Source: Candidatus Nomurabacteria bacterium (GTDB lineage Bacteria; Patescibacteriota; Minisyncoccia; Phycocordibacterales; UBA9973). Taken from it: 62,752 bases of DNA. The stretch spans positions 1 through 62,752 of the forward strand of contig JAYVMR010000020.1 in assembly GCA_043758875.1 (NCBI GenBank), given 5' to 3'. The notes beneath the pieces were generated by a model that was not told the DNA's origin, searched no databases, and saw only the letters and a program-made list of their open reading frames with translations. How positions within the stretch are numbered: the first letter of the stretch is position 1; each line of letters opens with the position of its first letter. The position numbers and the translations under genes are program-made. Of the stretch, positions 18,116 to 26,441 are shown piece by piece.

Positions 18116-18499
18116 ATGGAAAAAGATTTTGATCGCTGGAACAATTTAAAGAAACAACTTAATGAGGCTGAGCGTGTCGTGTATGTGCACCCGCGAGAAA
18201 TCTGGTGGTGTTCAATGGGAATAAATATTGGATCCGAGATAGACGGTAAAAATGAAAATTTTGAACGCCCTGTTATTGTGGTAAGAGTATATAACAAAGA
18301 ATCTCTTATCGTTTTACCTGTCACTACAAAAGAGAAAAACGATATATTTCATTTTAAAATTGAGACCAAAGAAAAAGTTGCATGGATAAAACTCACTCAA
18401 ACTCGCATGATCAGTAGTAAGCGATTGCTTCGAAAGGTGGATTTGTTGAACCAGGAACAATTTGATGTTCTTGTTAAAAAATGGAGAGACTTTCTTTAA
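18116..18499 (+). CDS. MazF/PemK-family toxin-like protein (no adjacent antitoxin)
   Basis: 127 aa; REIWWCSMGINIGSEIDGKNENFERPVIVV...LPVTT...KLTQTRMISSKRL resembles the PemK/MazF SH3-like barrel pattern; starts 5 nt after the helicase stop. Confidence 0.7.
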   Translation: MEKDFDRWNNLKKQLNEAERVVYVHPREIWWCSMGINIGSEIDGKNENFERPVIVVRVYNKESLIVLPVTTKEKNDIFHFKIETKEKVAWIKLTQTRMISSKRLLRKVDLLNQEQFDVLVKKWRDFL

Positions 18500-18504
18500 A
18501 AATC

Positions 18505-18529
18505 GAAACCCCCTTATAAAGGGGGTTTC
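18505..18529 (+). terminator. Terminator hairpin after the MazF-like gene
   Basis: gaaaccccc-ttataaa-gggggtttc. Confidence 0.7.
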
Positions 18530-18641
18530 TCGGAGGCCTAAGCCATAATGTTTATAGTGTAGCAGATAAGGAATTACCGTCAAGAAGATAGTAGTTCATT
18601 TTCTTTAGAAAATCTTGAAAGTGTGCGATTATTAAGGCGCG

Positions 18642-19022
18642 ATGCTCAGCAATCTCATGTACAAGAAATACCGTGAACAGGCGCGCATGCTGACGCATGC
18701 GCGCCTTGAGCATTTCAATACCTACTACAAACTCACCTACGGCCGCGTCTCCATCCGCAACCAAAAGACCCGCTGGGGCAGCTGCTCCAGCCGCGGCAAC
18801 CTCAATTTCAGCTACCGCATCCTCTTCCTCGAACCAGCCGCCCAAGACTACCTGATCATCCACGAACTCTGCCACCTCAAGCATTTCAACCACTCTCCGG
18901 CCTTCTGGTCCCTCGTGGCCGAACAATGCCCCGACTGGCAAAAATACCACCAAGAGCTGAGAACTAAGGGCAGCTGGAAGGTGTTGTGGGAGGGGTGGAG
19001 GAGGACTTTGGAGCGTGTCTAG
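18642..19022 (+). CDS. YgjP/DUF45-type (SprT/WLM-like) zinc metallopeptidase, short form
   Basis: TRWGSCSSRGNLNFSYRI and IIHELCHLKHFNHSPAFW (HExxH); visibly GC-richer than both neighbours. Confidence 0.75.
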   Translation: MLSNLMYKKYREQARMLTHARLEHFNTYYKLTYGRVSIRNQKTRWGSCSSRGNLNFSYRILFLEPAAQDYLIIHELCHLKHFNHSPAFWSLVAEQCPDWQKYHQELRTKGSWKVLWEGWRRTLERV

Positions 19023-19048
19023 GAAAGATTGAAAAAAGCCTCAAAAAA

Positions 19049-19057
19049 TGGCATTAT
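19049..19057 (+). promoter_or_regulatory. Extended -10 (TGgCATTAT) ending 6 nt before the hsdM ATG
   Basis: tggcattat-atgtaa-ATG. Confidence 0.55.
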
Positions 19058-19063
19058 ATGTAA

Positions 19064-20518
19064 ATGTTTGAACAGGCATTTAAGAATATTGATGATATTC
19101 TCCGAAAGGATGCGGGAAGTTCTAGTGAACTCGACTATATAGAACAAACTTCATGGATATTATTCTTGAAGTACTTAGATGATCTTGAAAAAGATAGAGT
19201 GATTACTGCAAAATTATCAAATAAAGGATATAAACATATTTTACCCCCAGACTTTACCTGGGAAGTATGGGCGTGTCCAAAAACTAAGGACGGTAAAATT
19301 GACTATAATAAAGCATTAACAGGAGAGGATTTAGAAGATTTTGTTAACCAAACACTTTTTCCTTTCCTTAAAAAATTTAAAGCTGAAGCTGAAAGCCCTG
19401 ATACTATAGAATATAAAATAGGTGAAATTTTTAGTGAGATAAAAAATAAGATTCAAAGCGGTTACAATCTTCGGGAGATTTTAAATATCGTTGACGGAAT
19501 GCATTTTCGTTCACAGGAAGAAAAACATGAACTCTCGCAACTCTACGAAGGCAAGATCAAAAACATGGGTAATGCTGGACGAAATGGTGGTGAATACTAT
19601 ACACCTCGACCTCTCATTAAAACGATTATAAAAGTTGTTAATCCAAAAATCGGGGACACTATCTATGATGGTGCTGTTGGCTCAGCCGGGTTCTTAGTCG
19701 AGGCATTTGAATATTTAAAACAGAGCAAAGACCTGTCTACTAAAGATCTTGAGACCCTACAAAAGAAAACATTCTGTGGCAAGGAAAAAAAGTCCCTTGC
19801 TTATATCATCGGTATTATGAACATGATTCTTCATGGTATTGATGCACCAAACATCATCCATACAAATACGCTCGCAGAAAATCTGGCTGATATACAAGAG
19901 AAAGATCGCTACGACATAGTTCTGGCCAACCCTCCGTTTGGCGGTAAAGAGCGTATTGAAGTACAACAAAACTTTCCCATCAAAACTGGGGAGACAGCAT
20001 TCCTATTTCTTCAACACTTTATAAAAATACTGAAAGCTGGTGGTAAGGCAGGTATCGTTATTAAAAATACCTTTCTTTCCAACACTGATAATGCCTCCGT
20101 GTCACTTAGAAAACTTTTACTTGAAAGTTGTAATTTGTACACGATCCTTGATTTACCTGGTGGCACTTTCACTGGAGCAGGAGTAAAAACAGTTATTCTT
20201 TTCTTTGAAAAAGGTGCTCCAACTAAAAAGATTTGGTATTACCAACTAAATCTTGATCGGAATTTAGGAAAGACTAATCCTTTGAATGAAAAAGATTTGG
20301 AAGACTTTGTAACTCTTCAAAAAACCAAGGTAGATTCAGAAAATTCTTGGTCTTTAGATGTATCTGATGTGGATCAGAAGACTTTTGATTTGTCAGTTAA
20401 AAACCTCAGCAAAGGAGCTGAAGTTGTCTTTCGTGATCCAAGGGACATTTTGAAAGAAATAAAAGCTCTGGACGGCGACACAAAAAAGGTCTTGGATGAA
20501 ATGAGTAATTTACTTTAA
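19064..20518 (+). CDS. hsdM: Type I R-M system methyltransferase subunit
   Basis: HsdM N-terminal pattern (ILRKDAG...YIEQTSWILFLKYLDD), GEYYTPRPL, DGAVGSAGFL, NPPFGG. Confidence 0.92.
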   Translation: MFEQAFKNIDDILRKDAGSSSELDYIEQTSWILFLKYLDDLEKDRVITAKLSNKGYKHILPPDFTWEVWACPKTKDGKIDYNKALTGEDLEDFVNQTLFPFLKKFKAEAESPDTIEYKIGEIFSEIKNKIQSGYNLREILNIVDGMHFRSQEEKHELSQLYEGKIKNMGNAGRNGGEYYTPRPLIKTIIKVVNPKIGDTIYDGAVGSAGFLVEAFEYLKQSKDLSTKDLETLQKKTFCGKEKKSLAYIIGIMNMILHGIDAPNIIHTNTLAENLADIQEKDRYDIVLANPPFGGKERIEVQQNFPIKTGETAFLFLQHFIKILKAGGKAGIVIKNTFLSNTDNASVSLRKLLLESCNLYTILDLPGGTFTGAGVKTVILFFEKGAPTKKIWYYQLNLDRNLGKTNPLNEKDLEDFVTLQKTKVDSENSWSLDVSDVDQKTFDLSVKNLSKGAEVVFRDPRDILKEIKALDGDTKKVLDEMSNLL

Positions 20519-20522
20519 ATTT

Positions 20523-21971
20523 ATGAAATTAGAATCTGTTACAATAAAAAATTATAGAAGCATTGAGACAATATCATTCGACATTTCTCAATTGGATGAT
20601 AATACATTTACGTATGGATTAATTGGGGTAAATGAGGCAGGTAAATCTACAATACTCAAAGCCTTAGCTTTAAAAGATGGGTTGAGGAACGAAAAAGGTG
20701 AAAAGCTGCCTCTTGCAAAGGATTTTAAAGATAAGACACAAGACATAGAAATTGACTATCTTTACATGCTAGATAAAAAAGAACAGAAGGAGGCAATGGA
20801 GAGTCTTGCAATAACTTCACCAGGTGTTGATTTTGGTGGCGTAGATCTGAGTAAAATTAATTACACTATATCGTTTGCCTTTAGCTCACCCAGTGAGACC
20901 TTAGAGGCAATTGAGGTAAAAACTGTAGATAGTGCCAACGAACACAAGGTAACTCTTGAGGATCATTTAAGGACTTTTGTTTCTGGAAAGACGCACGATT
21001 CAATTTTTTGGACAGCCGAAGATCGTTACTTAATATCACAACCTATAAATTTGGCTGAGTTTGCCGCAAACCCAGAGAACATATCTATACCATTAAAAAA
21101 TTGCTTCGCATTAGCGGGTATAGTGGGGCAAAGTGCAATTCAAGCAAAAATAGCTTTAATTACAGATTCTACTGAGCGTGAACAACTAAAGACTGAATTA
21201 AGTGAAAAAGTGAGTGAGCATATAAATAAAGCATGGCCTAAACATCCCATAAAGATAACCTTTGATATCTCTGACGGTCTTATTAATTTTCACGTACATG
21301 ATGAGGGTGCAAAAGGAAAGGCAAAGACTGCCGATCAGCGTAGTGACGGATTCAAACAGTTTGTATCTTTCTTATTAACTGTTTCTGCACAAAGTAGGAA
21401 TGATGAACTCGCTAATTCAATTTTATTACTCGATGAACCTGAGACACATCTTCACCCACAAGCTCAGGAAGATTTATTAAAGGAACTAATAAAGATAACT
21501 GATAATCAAAGAAACAACGTGGTATTTTTTGCTACCCATTCGAATTATATGATCGATAAGAATGACTTAAGCAGAAACTACAAGATATTTAAGAATCCAA
21601 ATAAGAAGACTGAGAAAGAGAAAACAGAAAAAGAACAATTTGATAAAAAAGCTTCAACATACGCTAGTGTAACCTATCAGGTTTTCGATATTGCTAGCAC
21701 TGACTATCATAATGAGCTTTATTCAAAGCTCCATGAAAAATATCAAGATACTGATTCATCAGATGAGAAAAGATGTGGAATTTTAAATTTCGACTCGAAC
21801 TTCTTTGCGGCTGAAAAGGGTTTGAAGAAAGATAAGCCCTGGAAAGGAAATGTAAATAAAGCAACATTACCTACCTATATTAGAAACTGTATTCATCATT
21901 CTGATAATGGTGATACTTATAAAGATGAGGATTTAAGAAAATCTATTGAATTACTCTTTTCGTACTTATGA
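20523..21971 (+). CDS. ABC/OLD-type (AAA_15/21-like) ATPase with C-terminal putative HEPN (RNxxxH) domain; restriction-linked gene
   Basis: Walker A GVNEAGKST, signature-like RSDGFKQF, Walker B ILLLDEPETHLHPQAQ, FFATHS; C-terminal LPTYIRNCIHHSDNG (R454-H459, nt 21882-21899); the ATPase call is firm, the HEPN call is inference. Confidence 0.7.
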   Translation: MKLESVTIKNYRSIETISFDISQLDDNTFTYGLIGVNEAGKSTILKALALKDGLRNEKGEKLPLAKDFKDKTQDIEIDYLYMLDKKEQKEAMESLAITSPGVDFGGVDLSKINYTISFAFSSPSETLEAIEVKTVDSANEHKVTLEDHLRTFVSGKTHDSIFWTAEDRYLISQPINLAEFAANPENISIPLKNCFALAGIVGQSAIQAKIALITDSTEREQLKTELSEKVSEHINKAWPKHPIKITFDISDGLINFHVHDEGAKGKAKTADQRSDGFKQFVSFLLTVSAQSRNDELANSILLLDEPETHLHPQAQEDLLKELIKITDNQRNNVVFFATHSNYMIDKNDLSRNYKIFKNPNKKTEKEKTEKEQFDKKASTYASVTYQVFDIASTDYHNELYSKLHEKYQDTDSSDEKRCGILNFDSNFFAAEKGLKKDKPWKGNVNKATLPTYIRNCIHHSDNGDTYKDEDLRKSIELLFSYL

Positions 21972-23191
21972 GACATAACTGGCAAACAAAAAAACTAGGC
22001 GAGGTTTGTAATATAGAAATTGGTAAAACCCCGTCCCGATCAAACAAGAAGTTCTGGGATACTGAAAAAATGACCAACAATATTTGGTTATCTATAAGAG
22101 ATCTTTCAAATACGAAGGATCAGTTTATTTCTGATAGCAGAGAGTATATATCTGATAAAGGCGCTTCTTTACTCAAGATAGTGAAAAAGGATACATTGCT
22201 GGTCAGCTTTAAATTAACCATTGGAAGACTTGCATTTACAGCTACAGATTTGTATACAAATGAGGCCATTGCCGCACTAAATATTATTGACCATAAAGAA
22301 ATAAGTAAAGAATATTTGTATCAATACCTTAATAATTTTGACTGGGACAGTGCTTCAAAAAATGATGTAAAGGTGAAAGGAAGAACCCTCAATAAGGCAA
22401 AGTTAAAAGAGATTGAAATAAAATACCCCTCCTCTTCCGAACAAAAACGAATTATAAAAATTCTCGATGAAGCTTTTGAGAAATTAGAAAAGATAAAACA
22501 AAACACAGAAAAGAATTTACAAAATTCAAAAGAGCTTTTTGAGTCTTATTTACAAAGTGTATTTACCAAAAATGATAAACACAGAACTCTTGGTGATAAG
22601 GAATTAGTTCAAATTATCGATGGTGATCGAGGTAAAAATTACCCTAAAAAATCTGATTTTCTTGATGAAGGATATTGTTTATTTTTAAATACAAAGAATG
22701 TCAGACCTTATGGTTTTGATTTTAAGGTCGTTATGTTTATTACACAAAAGAAGGATACTCAACTTGGTAATGGAAAAATAAAAAGGAGCGATGTGTTACT
22801 CACAACACGAGGAACAATTGGTAATATTGCTGTATATGATAAAAATGTTTCCTATGACAACATAAGAATAAATTCCGGGATGTTAATTTTTCGGCCGAAT
22901 ATAAATTTGATTATTCCAGAATATCTGTTTGCAATATTTCAGTCAGGAATCATGAAATCACAAATTAAAAAACATGTCTCAGGTGCAGCTCAACCTCAAT
23001 TACCTATAAAAACTCTAGTTAATTTTTCCATCCCAGTTCCACCTGTGTCAGACCAAAAAACTATCGTCAAAAAACTCGATCAGCTTTCTGAGCAAACAAA
23101 AAAGCTCGAATCTATTTATCAAAAGAAGCTTTTAGCCATTGAAGAGCTTAAGAAGTCTATTTTGAATAAAGCCTTCACAGGAGAGCTATAA
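21968..23191 (+). CDS. hsdS: Type I R-M specificity subunit
   Basis: Two TRD-like halves separated by a coiled conserved region (SEQKRIIKILDEAFEKLEKIK / SDQKTIVKKLDQLSEQTKKLE); ATGA overlap with the upstream gene. Confidence 0.88.
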   Translation: MRHNWQTKKLGEVCNIEIGKTPSRSNKKFWDTEKMTNNIWLSIRDLSNTKDQFISDSREYISDKGASLLKIVKKDTLLVSFKLTIGRLAFTATDLYTNEAIAALNIIDHKEISKEYLYQYLNNFDWDSASKNDVKVKGRTLNKAKLKEIEIKYPSSSEQKRIIKILDEAFEKLEKIKQNTEKNLQNSKELFESYLQSVFTKNDKHRTLGDKELVQIIDGDRGKNYPKKSDFLDEGYCLFLNTKNVRPYGFDFKVVMFITQKKDTQLGNGKIKRSDVLLTTRGTIGNIAVYDKNVSYDNIRINSGMLIFRPNINLIIPEYLFAIFQSGIMKSQIKKHVSGAAQPQLPIKTLVNFSIPVPPVSDQKTIVKKLDQLSEQTKKLESIYQKKLLAIEELKKSILNKAFTGEL

Positions 23192-23210
23192 TATTGTATA
23201 AATTAGGCAT

Positions 23211-24038
23211 ATGAAGAAGATCAAAATCAAAAACCAGATAATCTCAGTCAAGCTCTCAGAGAATGAGAATGACTACATTTCCCTCACAGATATTGCTAAA
23301 TTCAAGGACGTTGAGGCTACCGGTATTGTCATTGCAAACTGGCTTTCTACCAAGTACACCATTCAATTTATAGGGGCATGGGAGCAGCTTCATAATCCTG
23401 ATTTTAATGTTATGGAATTCCATAACATTAAAAATAACGCTGGTTCTAATGGGTTTATCCTTTCTTCGTCTCGTTGGATCAAAAGTACCAATGCAATAGG
23501 TGTGCGATCGTCTCCTGGACGGTACGGAGGAGGAACTTTTGCTCACAAGGACATTGCATTCGAGTTTGCAACATGGATTTCACCTGAATTTAAGCTCTAT
23601 CTCATAAAGGAGTTTCAGCGTCTTAAAGTAGAAGAGAATCAACGAATATTGCTTGGATGGGATGCAAAGCGAATGCTTACAAAGATTAATTATAGAATTC
23701 ACACAGATTCGATAAAAGAAAATATCGTATTGCCACAAAAACTATCTAGTAAAGATGCGACTATGGTGTATGCAAACGAGGCAGATGTTTTAAATATGGC
23801 ACAGTTTGGAATGACAGCTCAACAATGGCGAACAAAAAATAAAGCAAAAGCTGGTAACATTCGTGATTATGCAGATGTGTACCAGCTGGTATGTTTGGCA
23901 AATATGGAAAGCCTCAATGCTGAATTTATTAAAATGGGGATGAGCCAGAAAGATAGATTGTTAAAACTTAATGAAACAGCTATCACGCAAATGAAATCAC
24001 TTTTGGCAAATAGTAGTGTTAAGAAACTTTTGAAATAA
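23211..24038 (+). CDS. KilA-N domain protein embedded in the R-M operon
   Basis: DYISLTDIAKF...GTFAHKDIAFEFATWISPEFKLYLIKEF is a KilA-N pattern; helical C-terminal half. Confidence 0.8.
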   Translation: MKKIKIKNQIISVKLSENENDYISLTDIAKFKDVEATGIVIANWLSTKYTIQFIGAWEQLHNPDFNVMEFHNIKNNAGSNGFILSSSRWIKSTNAIGVRSSPGRYGGGTFAHKDIAFEFATWISPEFKLYLIKEFQRLKVEENQRILLGWDAKRMLTKINYRIHTDSIKENIVLPQKLSSKDATMVYANEADVLNMAQFGMTAQQWRTKNKAKAGNIRDYADVYQLVCLANMESLNAEFIKMGMSQKDRLLKLNETAITQMKSLLANSSVKKLLK

Positions 24039-24042
24039 AATT

Positions 24043-26376
24043 ATGAACGAAGCAGAAACACGAGCAGAATACATTGATCCAAAGTTAAAGGAATCTGGCT
24101 GGGGTGTTGTCGATGGGTCTAAAATCTTACGCGAATTTATTATCGCTCCTGGAAAAATTGAAATTGGTGGGATAAAAAGTAAGCAGCAAATTGCTGATTA
24201 TATTTTGGTGTATAACAACCGTAAACTTGCTGTTGTCGAAGCCAAGAAAGAATCCCTTGAACCAACTGAGGGTGTAGCACAAGCAAAAACTTATGCAGGA
24301 AAATTGCAGATCGCATACACCTACTCAACAAATGGGCATGAAATCTATGAAATAGGAATGGAATCTGGTATTGAAGGTACTGTTGCAAAGTTTCCAACTC
24401 CGGATGAGCTTTGGAATAAAACATATCTCAAAGAGATTGAACAGAATAATGAATGGAAAGAAAAGTTCACTAGTGTGCCATTTGAAGATGTGAACGGTAG
24501 TAAGAATGCACGGTACTACCAAGAAATTGCCGTCAATCGAGTCATGGATGCTATCGCAGAAGAAAAGAAACGAATATTACTTACTCTTGCTACGGGTACA
24601 GGTAAGACATTTATTGCGTTTCAAATTGCATGGAAACTATTTCAAAGCAGATGGAATGTATCAAAAGAGGGATCTCGACGACCTCGCATATTATTTCTTG
24701 CAGATAGAAACATACTGGCTGATCAGGCTTTTAATGCCTTCGGTGTGTTCTCTGAAGATGCTCTGGTCCGTATAACTCCAAATGATATAAAGAAAAAAGG
24801 TGCTGTTCCGATGAACGGTAGTGTTTTCTTTGCAATCTTTCAGACTTTTATGAGTGGTCCAAATGATACTCCATACTATGGAGACTATCCCACGGATTAT
24901 TTTGACTTCATCATTATTGATGAATGTCACCGAGGTGGTGCAAACGACGAATCTAACTGGCGAGGTATTCTTGAATACTTCTCTCCAGCGGTTCAACTAG
25001 GTCTTACAGCTACTCCAAAACGAAAAGACAATACAGATACATATAAGTATTTTGGTGAACCTGTTTACATTTACTCGCTAAAAGAAGGTATTAATGACGG
25101 TTTCCTCACACCGTTCAAAGTCAAAAGAATTAAGACCACGCTTGATGAATATATCTATACGAGAGACGACGATGTTGTTGAAGGTGAAGTGGAAGAAGGA
25201 AAAATCTATACAGAAGATGATTTTGCTCGAGGGAATATAAGTATTATTGAACGCGAGGAAGTTCGGGTAAAAATCTTCCTGAGTGAAATTAATCAACATG
25301 AAAAAACGATTGTATTTTGTGCTACACAAGGTCATGCACTGCTTGTTAGAGATTTAATAAATAAATATAAAGAAAGTAAAGACCCTAACTATTGCCAACG
25401 TGTGACTGCCAACGATGGATTCCTTGGTGAACAATATTTGAGAGAGTTTCAGGACAACGAAAAATCAATACCGACGATTCTAACTACTTCACAAAAACTT
25501 TCTACTGGTGTAGATGCTCGAAACATTCGAAATATTGTGCTTATGCGTCCCGTCAATTCAATGATTGAATTCAAGCAAATAGTAGGTCGAGGCACGCGAC
25601 TTTTTGATGGTAAGGAGTATTTCACTATTCTTGATTTCGTAGACGCATATCATCACTTTCTGGATCCAGAATGGGATGGTGAGCCTATTGCTGAAACTGC
25701 CAGTGAAGATTCTGAAAAAGATATTCATGATGGTGACACAAAGCATGCTTCTAATATAAGTGACCTACTTACTGTTGGTGAACCTTTAGGGCAGAGTACT
25801 AAACTTAAAATCAAGCTTCGAGACGGAAAAGAGCGCGAAATACAACACATGGTGTCTACATTTTTTATAGATGCTGATGGCCGCCCAATGTCTGCAGAAG
25901 AGTTTTTAAATAAGCTATATGGAACTTTTCCAGCATTCTTTAAAAACGAGGAAGAGCTTAGGGTTATTTGGTATAGCCCTGTAACACGTAAGGTATTTTT
26001 AGAAAAAATCTCAGAGTTGGGTTTTGGTAAAGATCAACTTGAAGGTGTTCAAAGAGTGATTAACGCTGAAAATAGTGATTTGTTTGATGTACTCGGATAC
26101 ATTGCTTTTGCTCTACAGCCTATTACGCGCGTTGAAAGAATTCAAAATACTAAATATGATATTTTAGATGGTCTAGATGAAAAACATCGAGAGTTTATTG
26201 AGTTTGTCCTTGCGAAATATCAAGAACGTGGCGTTGAAGAATTAGACGAAGAAAAATTGCCCCAATTACTCAATCTCAAATATCATGCCATATCTGATGC
26301 AGAACGAATTTTAGGTGGAGTGGAAAAAATAAGATCTTTATTTTTTGATTTTCAGAGAAATCTTTATACAAAATAA
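24043..26376 (+). CDS. hsdR: Type I restriction endonuclease/translocase subunit
   Basis: N-terminal PD-(D/E)xK-type region (AETRAEYIDPKL...ADYILVY...VVEAKK), LATGTGKT, IIDECHRG, SQKLSTGVDA, C-terminal EcoEI_R_C-like tail. Confidence 0.92.
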   Translation: MNEAETRAEYIDPKLKESGWGVVDGSKILREFIIAPGKIEIGGIKSKQQIADYILVYNNRKLAVVEAKKESLEPTEGVAQAKTYAGKLQIAYTYSTNGHEIYEIGMESGIEGTVAKFPTPDELWNKTYLKEIEQNNEWKEKFTSVPFEDVNGSKNARYYQEIAVNRVMDAIAEEKKRILLTLATGTGKTFIAFQIAWKLFQSRWNVSKEGSRRPRILFLADRNILADQAFNAFGVFSEDALVRITPNDIKKKGAVPMNGSVFFAIFQTFMSGPNDTPYYGDYPTDYFDFIIIDECHRGGANDESNWRGILEYFSPAVQLGLTATPKRKDNTDTYKYFGEPVYIYSLKEGINDGFLTPFKVKRIKTTLDEYIYTRDDDVVEGEVEEGKIYTEDDFARGNISIIEREEVRVKIFLSEINQHEKTIVFCATQGHALLVRDLINKYKESKDPNYCQRVTANDGFLGEQYLREFQDNEKSIPTILTTSQKLSTGVDARNIRNIVLMRPVNSMIEFKQIVGRGTRLFDGKEYFTILDFVDAYHHFLDPEWDGEPIAETASEDSEKDIHDGDTKHASNISDLLTVGEPLGQSTKLKIKLRDGKEREIQHMVSTFFIDADGRPMSAEEFLNKLYGTFPAFFKNEEELRVIWYSPVTRKVFLEKISELGFGKDQLEGVQRVINAENSDLFDVLGYIAFALQPITRVERIQNTKYDILDGLDEKHREFIEFVLAKYQERGVEELDEEKLPQLLNLKYHAISDAERILGGVEKIRSLFFDFQRNLYTK

Positions 26377-26397
26377 ATCTTTATCTTCTCTTTAATC

Positions 26398-26420
26398 TTT
26401 CTTCAGATATTCTTGATCAC
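26398..26420 (+). promoter_or_regulatory. 23-nt promoter-proximal motif, copy 1 (tttcttcagatattcttgaTcac)
   Basis: 22/23 identity (19 consecutive) to 33627-33649; a TATACT box follows after 8 nt. Confidence 0.5.
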
Positions 26421-26441
26421 TCATTGTATATACTGGCTCAC

